Assembly: GCF_009914755.1 (NCBI RefSeq)
Contig: NC_060947.1
Direction: 5' to 3' (one strand)
DNA length: 64,000 nucleotides
Origin: the human T2T-CHM13v2.0 reference genome, Homo sapiens
Part shown: one piece after another, positions 25,000 through 37,660 of the stretch
Layout: every line of letters starts with the position of its first letter
How positions within the stretch are numbered: position 1 is the stretch's first letter
Translations under genes and position numbers: made by a program
The notes under the pieces: model-generated
Told to the model about the DNA's origin: nothing
The model's input: only the letters and a program-made list of their open reading frames with translations
Database searches by the model: none

Positions 25000-27900
25000 A
25001 AGGAGAAGAGCCAAGATGGCACACTAGACACAGCCAATAAAAGCTTCTCCCACCAAGCGAGACCAGACAATCAAGTAGACAAGCATACTGCGAACAGATC
25101 TTCAGGAAGAAGGCACTGAGAGTGGATATACGGAGAAAGAATGCAGGCCCCAGGGCTGAAAAGGGAGGAGGCCGAGAAGACTCCATGGGGTTGCCAAACA
25201 CCAAAACTTGTTCCTGGCCACTAGCGGCTCCTAAAGAAGGGGTGAGTGAAATAGGCATAGAATGGTTCACCTTTGTCATGGACCTCTGGAATGCTAGATG
25301 CAGGAGCCCCTATGAGCCCCATGGACATTTGAGATGGCAAGGAGAATTGCTCGGAGAGTTGGTAGAGACAGAAATCCAGTATACTTGGAGCCCAGAAGGT
25401 TTGGCACGGGAAGAGTTGCAGTGGAGCACAACCAAGGGAGCCCATCCCCCAAGGCTCACCATGCTCCTCTAGGTGGTTTTACCCTTTGTGAGCAACTGGA
25501 CCTGGAGATTGCAAGTCTATCTTACCTGCAGGATTGGGCCGGTGTGATCTAAACAAACCCCCATGTGCTGATATCTCCTCTGGCCACACCTGCTTGCAGC
25601 ACAGCCTCAGCTGCCCTGACAAAATCCTTGCCAGAGTTCACTGTCATAGATCATTGACTGACAGTCTCCACCTTCCCATCAGAGTATTTTTGAAGACAAA
25701 CCTCCCCCAGTGAGCATCCACTTGCAGCCTCCCCTCAACGGTGCGCACTCAACTACAGCCTCCCCAAGCCACGCTGCCAGGGCCCACATGCATAAGAATC
25801 TACCACCACCACATCAGCGCCCATGCACACACAAACCAACCACAGTCCCACTGACACACTGGGAGCCCTTCCCTCAGCGATACCATTGCTGCAGTCACCC
25901 ATGGAGCCCAACACTGCCCTGCTAGTATACACTTGCCTGTGCCCCAGCTGCCACAGCACCCATTCTGTGCCTCCCACGCCCAATTGCAGCACTTTTGCTG
26001 GCAGCCCCTGTTGAAGAATTGTTGCCATTGGAATGGGAACACCTCACCTTCTCCAGCACAGCAGGTGCTTGACCTCAATAAACCAGAACAAAGTAGCAGG
26101 CCTGGTCCCAGCCACCTAGGGTTAGAGCATGCAGCCCAGGACAGGTGAGCTGAGCCTTGGCCACCTGAAAGTACCCAGAAAGGAAGCCAATGAAATAAAC
26201 CCAACTTATACCACAAACAAACCTTCAAAAAAATAAAAAAATATAAAAGCAAAAAACCCATATAAAAAAAAACCCGGCAACTTCAGAGGTTAAACACCAG
26301 CTCACACAGACGAGAAAGAACCACCGTAAGAATTCTGGAAACCCTGGCATCATCCAGATACCAAAACCTGGCAGAGATATAACAGAAGAAGAAAACCTCG
26401 GGCCAATATCCTTGATTATTTCAATAGATGTATCAAAGACTTTCAATAAAATTCAAAATCCATTCATGTTTAAAATGCTCAATAAGTTAGGTATTGAAGG
26501 AACATGGCTCAAAATAATAAGAGCCATCTATGACACACCCACAGTCAATATCATGCTGAATGGGCAAAAGCTGGAAGCATTCCCCTTGAATACTGGCACA
26601 AGACAAGGATGCCCTCTCACCACTCCTATTCAACACAGTATTGGAAATTCTGGCCAGGGCAGTCAGGCAAGAGAAAGAAATAAAGTGCATCAAAATAGAA
26701 ACAGAGGAAGTCAAACTATCTTGTCTGCAGATGACATGATCCTATATCTAGAAACCCCATAGTCTCAGCCAAAAGTTTCTTAAGCTAATAAACAACTTAA
26801 GCAAAGTCTCAGAATACAAAATCAATGTACAAAAATCACTAGCATTCCTATACACCAACAACTGTCAAGCTGAGAGGAAAATCAGGAAAGACCACCATAC
26901 ACAATTGCCACAAAATGAATAAACTACCTAGGAATACAGCTAACTAAGGAGGTGAAAGATCTCTCCAAGGAGAACTACAAACCACTGCTGAAAGAAATCA
27001 GAGATGACACAAACAAATGGAAAAACATTCATGCTCATGGATATGAAAAATCAACATTGTTAAAATGGCCATACTGCTCAAAGCAATTTATAGATTCAAT
27101 GCTATTTCCATTAAACTACCACTGACATTCTTCAAAGGACTACAAAAAAAACTATTTTAAAATTTATATGGAACCGTAAAACAGCCTGAATAGCCAAGGC
27201 AATCCTATGCAAAAAGAACTAGGCTGGAGGCATCAGGCTACCTGACCTCAAACTATACTACAGGGTTACAGTAACCAAAGCAGTATGGTACTGGTACAAA
27301 AACAGACACATAGACCAATGGAACAGAATACAGAACCCAGAAAAAAGACCACACACCTACAACTATCTGACCTTTGACAAACCTGACAAAAACAAGCAAT
27401 GGGGAAAGGATTCCCTATTCAATAAATGGTGCTAGGATAACTGGCTTAGCCACATGCAGAAGATCAAAACTGGACCCCTTCCTTACACCATATATATATC
27501 TAAATTAACTCAAGATAGATTAACAACTTAAATGTAAAACCCCAAACTATAAAAACCCTGGAAGACAATCTAGGAAATACCATTCTGGACATAGGCATGG
27601 GCAAAGATTTCATGACGAAGATGCCAAAAGCAATTTCAACAAAAGCAAACATTGAACAATGGGATCCAATTAAACTAAAGAGCTTCTGCACAGCAAAAGA
27701 AACTATCAACAGAGTAGCCAACCTACAGAATGGGAGAGAATTTTTACAATCTATCTATCTAAGGTCTAATATCCAGCATCTATAAGGAACTTAAAGTAAT
27801 TTAAAAGAAAAAAATCACCCCATTAAAAAAGTGGGCAAAGAATATGAACACACACTTTTCAAAAGAAGACATACATGCAGCCAACAAGCATATGGAAAAA

Positions 27901-30305
27901 AGTTCAGCATCAGTTATCATTAAAGAAATGTAAATCAAAACCACAATGAGATACCATCTAGCACCAGTCAGAATGGCTATTACTAAAACATCAAAAAATA
28001 ACAGATGCTGGTAAGGTTGTGGTGAAAAAGGAATGCTTATACACTGTTGGTGGGAGTGCAAATTAGTTCAACCATTATGGATGACTGTGGAGATTCCTCA
28101 AGGACCTAAAGACAGAAATACCATTCAACTCAGCAATCCCATCACTGGGTATATACCCAAAGGAATATAAATCATTCTATTGTAAAGACAACATACACAT
28201 GAATGTTTATTGCAGCACTCTTCACAACGGCAAAGACACAGAATCAACCTAAATGTCCATCAATGACAGAATGGATAAAGAAAATGTGGTACATATACAC
28301 TGTGGAATACTATGCAGCCATAAAGAAAGATGAGCTCATGTCCTTTGCAGGGACATGGATGGAGCTGGGGGCCATTATCGTTAGCAAACTAACACAGGAA
28401 CAGAAAACCAAATACTACTTGTTGTCACTTATAAGTGGGAGCTAAATGATGAGAATATGTGGTCATATAGAGGGGAACAACATACACTGGGGCCTATGGG
28501 TCAAGGGAGGCTGGGAGGAGGGAGAGGATCAGGAAAAATAACTATAGGGTACTAGGCTTAATACCTGGGTGATGAAATAATCTATGCAACAAATCACCAT
28601 GACACAAGTTTAGCTATGTAACAAACCTGCAAATGTAGCCCTGAACTTAAAATCAAAGTTTTTTAAAAAAGAAAAAAACAAACAAAATACAATTCTGGCG
28701 ACCCTAAAAGGCAGAGTGTCTTCTTACCTCCACACAACCACGCTAGCTCTATAGCAGTGGTTCTTAACCAGATTGAAATGGCTGAAATGACAGACATATA
28801 TTTCAGAACCTGGATGGGAAGAAAGCTCAATGAGATAGAGGAGAAGGTTGAAACGCATCCAAGTAAAGCAGTAAAATGATCCAAGAGTTGAAAGATGACT
28901 TAGCCATTTTAAGAAAGAACCAAACAGAACTTCTGGAAATAAAAAAAAATCACTACAGGAATTTCATAATGCAATTGGAAGCATAAATAACAAAATAAAC
29001 CAATCTGAGGGAAAAAAAAAAAACCTCAGAATTTGAGGAGTGATGCTTCGAATCAACACAGACAAAATTTTTTAAAAGAACTGAAAAACTGAACAAAACC
29101 TCTGAGAAATATGGGACTACATAAAGAGACCAAACCTATAACACATCCGCATTCCTGAAAGAGATGGAGATAGAGCAAGCAACTTGGAAAACATATTTGA
29201 GGATATCATCCATAAAAATTTCCCCAACCTTGCTAGGGAGGTCAACACACAAATTCAGGAAATTCCAAGAACCCCTGTGAGATAGTATGCAAGATGACAA
29301 TCCCCAAAACACAGTCATCAGATTCTCCAAGGTCAACTCGAAAGAAAAAGTCTTGAGAGCTGCTAGAGAGAAGGGGGAGATCAGGTACAAAGGGAACCCC
29401 ATCAGGCTAACAACAGACCTTTCAGCAGAAACATTACAAGCCAGAAGAGATTAGGGGCCTATATACAGCATTCTTAAAAAAAGAAATCCCAACACAAAAT
29501 TTCATATCTAGCCTAAGTGTCATAAGCAAAGGAGAAATAAAATACTTTTAGACAAGCAAATGCTAAGGGAATTCGTTACCACCACACCTACCTTAAAAGA
29601 GATCCTCAAAGGACCTAAATATGGAAAAGAAAGATACTTGCCAGCAGAAAAAACATGCTGAAGTACATAGACCACTGCCACTATAAAGCAACCACACAAC
29701 CAAGTCTACAAAACAACCAGCTAACAATATGATGACAGGATCAAATCTTCACATATCAATACTGACCTTGAAAGTAAACAAGATAAACGTCCCACTTAAA
29801 AGGCACAAAGTGGCAAGTTGGATAAAGAAGCAAGACCCAACAGTATGCTGTCTTCAAGAGGCTCATCTAACATGCTGTGACACCCATAGGCTCAAAGTAA
29901 ACAGTTGGAAAAAGATTCATCAAGCAAATGGAAATGCTATTCTTATTTCAGACAAAACAGACTTTAAGCCAAAAATCATCAAAAAAGACAAAGAAGGGCA
30001 TTACATAATGATAAAGGTTTCAATTCAATAAAAAGACTTAACTATCCTAAATGCACCCAACACAGGAGCACCCAGATTCATAAAACAAGTTCTTAGTGAC
30101 CTACAAAGAGACTTAGATAACCACACAATAATAGTGGGAGACTTCAACACCCCACTGATGGTGTTAGATTACTGAGGCAGAAAAATAACCAAGATATTGA
30201 GGACCTGAATTCAGAACACCCTACCCAACAACGACAGAATATACAATATTCTTATCTGCACATAGCAAATACTCTAAAATCGACCACATGTTCAACCATA
30301 AAGCA
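25000..30305 (+). mobile_element. Old primate L1 5' half (5'UTR, ORF1, ORF2 endonuclease start; L1PA15-16/L1PREC2-like), interrupted by a second L1 and truncated at its 3' end
   Basis: gccaagatggc start; ORF1 start breaks at 26345 and resumes at 28706; ORF2 N-terminus MTGSNLHISILTLKVN...WIKKQDPTVCCLQEAHL at 29729-30031. Confidence 0.88.
26346..28690 (+). mobile_element. 5'-truncated L1 (RT to 3'UTR; L1PA11-13-like) nested in the older L1
   Basis: RT remnants ([31 protein letters not shown]), ORF2 C-terminus, 3'UTR and A tail; flanked by AATTCTGGAAACCCT and AATTCTGGCGACCCT. Confidence 0.92.
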
Positions 30306-31227
30306 TATACACACAGAAAAAGAGCATTAGATAAAACTTCATATTATTGAATCAATTCTCCACTGGAGAAAAATAACTTTTAAATGTCTTTCCACATTAC
30401 AAGAAATACAAAGGAATAAATTCAGAACCCACTGGAAGCTGTATAAGGTTAAAACTATATACAGGTTAAAAATATATAAAACAATATGCCACAGGCTATT
30501 ACATTATCAAAAGCCTAAATAATCCACTTAACCAAAATTAAATGTAATTTTCTATAAAGACCTCCTTTTATGAAATAGTATAATGTTTATGAAATATACT
30601 ATTACTTTATAATATTAAGTATCCTTTTCCTTGAAAATTAATTTTATGAAGTATTTTTAGGCTAAATGGGGCCTCAAATACATTTAAATACAGTTATAGA
30701 TGCCGAGATACAGGGACATCTATAACTACTTATAGTAAATCATCAAAAAATTACCTGATTTTCAACAATATGATTTATTAACAGTGGATATATACTATAT
30801 GGAAAAAAAACACAAGAATGTAAAGAATGTTAAGAACTAGTGTGAATGATGGGAAATATTATAGAAGAAGTTTAATAATGAGACAGAATTGTGATAATTC
30901 ATTTAAATATCCTCTTAATTTTAAATGAGAACATAAGAAGTATTTTGTGCTCTTGGAAAGGTATATGGTTACATGTGCACATACATTTTTCATATTGCTT
31001 CTCATTTGTTTTTCCCCCATACCAGTCTTTGTTAGAAAGGGAAGCTATGTGTAGCTCATAATGGCAGCATTTGTTCTCTGTCACCTCTGTATTTTCTTCA
31101 TGTATCTTATGCCCAAGTGAAAAAAAAAAGTGATTTGTAAGAAGTGCCACACAAAATGAGTATTGATATAAAGACTCCTCTGTATGCTATTCTTATCAGT
31201 CATTCCGATAGTCTTTAAAAAAAATAA

Positions 31228-31602
<375 letters not shown>

Positions 31603-31784
31603 CAATAGTGGAAATCTTTTGTAAGTGGGTAAGAAGCACAGTAGTAGGGAGTTCTTGAGAGCTGTATTCAAAACCCAAATAGGAGGCATTTACATGAGAA
31701 GTAGGGAATTACATGTGGGGAAATAACTATTGGCTACATACTGTTCTTTGGGGCACACAGCCAACAACAACAACCATACAAATA

Positions 31785-32005
31785 ATAATCACAACTAGCA
31801 TTGAGTGCTTACTACACAACAGATGTTTTACATGTATTAACACATTGTATCCTACAATAATCCTATAAGCCAGGGTTTCACAGATTTGGAAACTGAGGAA
31901 GAGGTCAAGTGACTTGCTTGAGGTCATTTAGGAAATGGTATTGCTGGGGTAAAAATCCAAGTGATTTGGTCTCAGAGGTTTCTCTGTTAACCATCATACC
32001 AACCT
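31785..32005 (-). mobile_element. MIR SINE
   Basis: ttcacagatttggaaactgaggaagaggtcaagtgacttgct core. Confidence 0.7.
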
Positions 32006-33161
32006 GCCCCATTGTCAGTATTATCTTTCTTGGGATTATGAAGGAAAGCAACAGAATCAGATGATCAAAGTTACTCTAAGACTTGTTCTAATTCCTGTTG
32101 AATTGCAAAAATTATTACAAAGAGTAAAATAATCCCTCAACTTCTACACATTATTTTCTCTCAAGAAAGTACATGTTTATTCTGTCTGTACATGTTAAAT
32201 GGATTATGTGTGACTTCATTTTAGATAGTGCAAAAACTCAAAGTATAACCATGGGAATAGTGGTCTTCAGAGTACCTAGCAAATTATGACTATCTTGTAA
32301 TCCATATTTTAAAATGTGATGTATAAAGTATACTGGTAAGCTAGAAATTTTTAAATAAAGAAAAAGCTGTGAGTAGAAGGTAAATACTTTACCATGATTT
32401 TGGGGGAGGTAATAAGTTTCCACATGACACGTTTTCTTCCAGTGCATTAAATGGCAGCCTAACAACCCAAAGGTTAACACGTCTTAGTGAAGGACAATTA
32501 AGCAACCAAAGATGGCAAACATCTCTGAGATGTCAGGTAGGCTCCATCTTTGGTGCAGTTTACAGAAGCCATCCTAAGGCCTAACATAACACCTGGCAAG
32601 ACAGCTCTGTACACCTCCCTTCCAAAGGGTAGTATGCAGCCTAGAGGCAAGCAAGTATAAATTTTGCAGGACTTATCTAAAAAAGAAATCTACTAAACAC
32701 AGTAGGTAGGACTGTCCCCAAAAAAGTCACTACAAAAATACATTTGAACTCTTCATCAAATTCCATTAAAAACAAACCAAACAAAAAGGTCTGTTACAAG
32801 AGAAAAATTAGAGTGACCATTGATCATCAATGTGCTTTAGTGACACCCCAGCTAAAACCGTAAACTGAAAAGCAGAAGTTCCATTCCAACAGTAAGTAGG
32901 CATGCCTACATGTCACGAGACACTGTAAGACTTCAGTGATTGCATCTATCTACAAAAAGTTCAACTTTGTTTCTTGTAACTATATTCATACATATGCATT
33001 TATCATAACACTATATTTAAAACAACATATTGAGTTTTCTGTCATGTTGTAATGTTGACCTGATTGGTGGCTGCCAGTCTGAAAAAATACATGTAGGGAA
33101 ATCTAAATGCATGTATTTATTTTTATATACACACACACACGGGAAGGGGATCCCAAAAGTC

Positions 33162-33327
33162 TTTACACACATGTGCATGAACTATAAATGCAGTATTTAC
33201 ACACATGTGCATTTACACACATGTGCATGTGGTATTTACACACATATGCATGAACTATAAATGCAGTTTTTACACAGGATGGTCTTAGTGCTGTTTACAC
33301 ACATGTTCATGCACTATAAATGCAGTT
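33162..33327. repeat. Irregular minisatellite, 34-bp unit TTTACACACATGTGCATGAACTATAAATGCAGT(A/T)
   Basis: Three full copies (33162, 33235, 33294) and partial copies between them. Confidence 0.9.
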
Positions 33328-33485
33328 TTACTATATACTGTAGATCAGATAGCATGTTTGTGGGTTACATACTTATATTGCATATTTATATTACTAAATC
33401 ATGTAGTAGTAATATAAATGATATAAATATGCAATATAAATATGTAACCCACAAACATGTTATATGATCTACAGTATAAAGTAAA
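33327..33485. repeat. Near-perfect inverted repeat, 65-bp arms, 29-bp spacer
   Basis: Reverse complement of 33327-33391 matches 33421-33485 at 61 of 65 positions by manual alignment. Confidence 0.95.
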
Positions 33486-33787
33486 TTATCAGAGTTTTCA
33501 CTTATGCTAACATTCCCCCCTTTTTTTTCTTCCTTTCTTGGTATTTGGTATCTTTCTTTGAGCAGGAAGTAGAGGGAAGGAGAATATTTGTATGGTGGGT
33601 GTCAGAAGTAAATGCTGTATTTTGCTGTAGTGGGTCTGGCTCCTGGGAAGGCAAAATTGGACGGCATATGCCATAGCATCATCTCTCCCCAAGATCCCTG
33701 CTAAGACTCAAGCTATTGGAATCCAACTCAGCATGGACTTCCTATTGGCCTGAAACAGAATGCTTCCTCAAGAGCAGTAGCTAAATA

Positions 33788-33940
33788 CAGATGCTCCTTG
33801 CCTTGTAAACTGAAAATATCAATGGGTATAATGGGACACAACTCCATCATAAGTTGAGGAGTGTACTGAATGTGTATCACTTTCATACCATTTTAATGTC
33901 AAGAAAACCTTAAATCAAACCAAGTTGGGGATGATCTTTC
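33788..33940. mobile_element. MER6-like Tigger-family fossil
   Basis: tacagatgctcctt start; ccatcataagttgaggag...aaatcaaaccaagttgggga. Confidence 0.65.
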
Positions 33941-34309
33941 ATAGGCAATGACTCCTGCAGCCTCAGGAAACAGTTACGTTCAAAACAATCCCAAGCCAGG
34001 CCTCATCCTCTGCTACAAGCTCTTGAAACTCATTATCTATAAGGTTTTACTCTATTCAGCAAGGCCATCAAAAAAGCCTTCAAATGAGTGTTCCACTACA
34101 ACATAGCCTCATTCACAATGATCCAGTATTGCCAAAACAGCAAGCGTGACCTGATATGAGTCATGATGACAGAAGTTGAGTGGGCTTGTTTAGCAAGCAG
34201 TGATCACCAAAATCAAAATTACTAGGTCACTAGAAGTCAAGTGTATAACTTTAGTAATGATGTGCAAATTGCAAAGAGATCAACTCGTGGGGGTGATTGT
34301 GAAATTAAT

Positions 34310-34535
34310 GTGGACATTCTAACTCTTGAGTCAGACTGCCTAGGTTCCTTTCCCGATTCCTCCCACTTACCAGCTGTGTGACAGTGCTTCAGTTCTCAAG
34401 ACTATAAAATGGGGATAATGATATCTATTGCATAGACTTGCCACAAGGATTAAATGGGTTAATACATGTAAAGTGCTTACTATCTGCCTGGTGCATGGTA
34501 AATGTTAAATACATCAACGCTTTTGTTAGCTATCA
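34310..34535 (+). mobile_element. MIR SINE
   Basis: gagtcagactgcctaggttc...ctataaaatggggataat...aggattaaatgggttaatacatgtaaagtgctta. Confidence 0.8.
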
Positions 34536-34759
34536 TCTTCCGTAGCAAAGGAGATAATAATTACAGATTGTACCACCAATGTGGGGTTTGTAGGCTACAT
34601 TGCTCTTATTGACTGTGTGAGAGTCCACCTCCAGGTGTTCAAGCCCTGTAGTTTCTAACAGAATTCAAGCAACTTGGGGACCTGGTCAATTCAACTACCT
34701 TCTACAGAGGAACTTGTGACAGTTTTAAGAGAAGTGTTAATGCTGATGGCAACAAGCAA

Positions 34760-35570
34760 CAACATTTATACTTTTATGCACAAATATTTGTAGAACTAGG
34801 TCTACTATGTACCAGGTATAATTCTGGGCACTGGGGATACAAAAGTATGCGAGACAAATGCTGTCCCTGCTGTCATATAACTTACCTAGTACAAGAGAGA
34901 GACAACAAACAAGAAATAAGAGTAGATAGTGGTAAGTGTTCTGAAGATAATAAAACAGGATAAGGTGAAGGTGATATGGGGGTTGGAACATTAGACAGGG
35001 TATTCAGGGACAGTCTCTTTGAGGAACTGGTATCTGAGCTGAGACCTGAATGATCAGAAGAAACTGACCACATGAAAGGGTGGAAGAACATTCCAAGCAG
35101 AAAGAAAATGAAATTTCAAAACTTGAAGTGCAAGCTAGCTCAGTGTATTTGAAGAAGAAGAGAGATGGCTAAGGGAGATGGATCACAGTGAATAGGGAGG
35201 AATACAGTAGGAAACGAGGACGCATATAGTTGGGGGCCTAATCATGCAAGGCTTTCAAGGCCAGGGTAAAGATCTTAAACTTTACTCTTAAGTACAATGA
35301 GTAGTACAACCAGCAAGTTTTGAGCAAGGCAGTGACATGATCAGATTTGTATTATTTTTAAAATGGGTCTGGCTGCTCTGTGGAGAATTCTCAAAGGGGC
35401 AAGAGTGAAAGAGGGGAGGCCAGTTATGTCTGCCATAAACCAAGTAAGAGAAGATGGTGACCTAAAGCAAGGTAATGGCAGTGCACATGAAGAAGTGGAG
35501 AGGCTGGGGACATATATAAGACATCAAGCTGACAAGAATTGCTAATAGACTGGAGGCAGAAGGGAGGTGT
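34760..35570 (-). mobile_element. L2 (3' part)
   Basis: caaatatttg...ctactatgtaccaggtataattctgggcactggggatac...ttttgagcaaggcagtgacatgatcagatttgt. Confidence 0.8.
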
Positions 35571-37079
35571 CTTCCTCAGAACAAGTATAAGGTAATGTGC
35601 ACATTCATGAAAGCAGTCTCCCCCATGAAATGTGAAGCAATCAAATGCAACTGCTCAAGCCTGGTAGTCTTCCTATACAAGTATTGCTGTGAAGGAATAC
35701 CCAGAAAGCACTCTTACTCCACCTGTGGGGTGATTATTAGAGACAGCAAATTGTTACCAACCTCAAAAACCACTACTATCTCTTGGCCATTCATCAAGAT
35801 TACAACTTAATACTCTGGGTACTAATTTCTATATAGGAGGGCACAAGGAACAGGTTAGTTTCTGTGCCTTAAGGAGTCATCATGGACCTGGAATAACAGC
35901 ACTGCTGCTAATTCAAGAAATTATGTAGTACAAGTATCTGAGTCTAGTGGGGCTTCTGGTGTGGATTTCCCACTCAAGGAAAAGGTTGTGGGCAGATGGA
36001 CTGCCCTTTAGGAACTGCTGTCAATCTTGGAAGGCATAATCATCATGCTTAATCTAGAAAAAGCTGTCAAAAAAAACAACACATAGCCTTCAGAAAACTT
36101 GCTCCCAAAAAGTGCCTCCTTTTTATAAATCTTAGCCATTTATCTAGCTTCCTCTATTCTTGATGAGACTGTAGATGATACATTCAATATCTTTCAGTTT
36201 TTCCAGCTGTCCTTAAATTTAACCTTCTATAGGACAGTCACAGTAAAACTATGTATTGGATGACAAAAACAGATCTGTATTAGTAATTGTACCAGGGGTC
36301 CAGAATAAATTAGCACAAATTATAGACTACAAGTGATCACTCAATCTTTAAAACATAAAGCCTTCTAAAATACTGAGGGTCAACTTATATGTTTGGGTCA
36401 AACCCTAGCCTCCATATCTATGTTTCATAAGTACAGTGACCACCTGGTTTGTACAAGGGCCAGAACCACCGAACCAACTCAATGATTCCTCAATATAGCT
36501 TATCACAATGATGTCAATGGACATCATTTCAATGGAACTTTTGATGGAAAAGCACTGGTGTTTCCTGACTACTCTTTAAACACATCATAATTTAAACTAA
36601 GCTCTTAATAAAATTGCATTTTTCAGTCTGAACACCCATGCTATTTGCCCCATCTTTATTATCTGCCACAGAGATACCTAAGCAAATTCATTCAAAAATA
36701 GGTTTTTTAAATTCAAAAGAAAGCCTTTGGTTCAAACTTTTGGGGTGTAGCAAACTAGCCTACAGCAATCCTACTTAGAATCTCTATAAGATTTCTTTTG
36801 CTCAATCTCCTTTCTTGGGCTCTTTCTCTGGTTTAATGTCCTGTATGATATATATTCATTTTTGTTTTGAGTAATCCTTATTTAAATCATTGTTCCATTT
36901 TGCTGCCCAGTCTTGAAAATTCAAATTGTACAAATAACATAAAGGTAAAGAGACATCCATTTTGAATCCAGAAAGAATATACTTCTTTTACTTCTAATGC
37001 TCTTCATGGCTATGTTCAGGATTATGTTGGTTTTTCTGAATGTAGAAACAAAAATATCAAAAGTGAATGTCTTTAGGGA

Positions 37080-37660
37080 GCCCTACATAACAACTCCTAG
37101 ATCTCTTTCATGGGTTGAAAAATGTACAGAGACCATCTTCTTAGAAACACGGCCACTCATGTCATTTTCCTGCTTTTTCACAGGGTCCTTGTGAAATAGT
37201 CCGTTAGCAAATACTCTTCAGCTTAGCATTTTATTTTACTATCTATAAGCTCTCAGCATCAACAATAAACTGGAAGGTGGGTTGGAAGTGTGTTACGATG
37301 CTGACTCTTAAATCATTTATAAAAATGTTAAAAAAAAAACACAAAAAACTAAACATTGATTCTTGGCAAAGCCTACTGTAAAAATCTCCCCATGCAAGTA
37401 AGAGCTCATATAAACCACCCCCTTCCTTCCATATTGTGTTTAAACTAGATCTTTATGCATGACTAAACATTATTCCCAACCCCATGGTGGGAGAACATTT
37501 ATTTTTTAAAGCAGTCTTTGGTATAAAATCTTCTCAGAGGCTGTTTGGAAATTCAAATGTTCACTGGCTCCCCCTTGTTCATACCTTATTTACCCCTCTC
37601 AAAGAACTCTGTTAGATGGTTGAGATATAATTACCTCACAAAAACCATGTTCTTCCCTCC
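37080..37660 (-). mobile_element. Ancient CR1/L3 LINE reverse-transcriptase fossil
   Basis: Minus strand across frameshifts reads EHGFCE..LNHLTEFFE..MNKGEPVNI..NFQTA, like the CR1 RT motif QHGFxKGKSCLTNLLEFFE..VDKGEPVDIxYLDFQKAFD. Confidence 0.65.

Noticed and set aside
33162-33327. CRISPR-like reading of repeats with spacers
   Set aside because: Spacers are irregular and mostly partial repeat units; eukaryotic context, no cas genes
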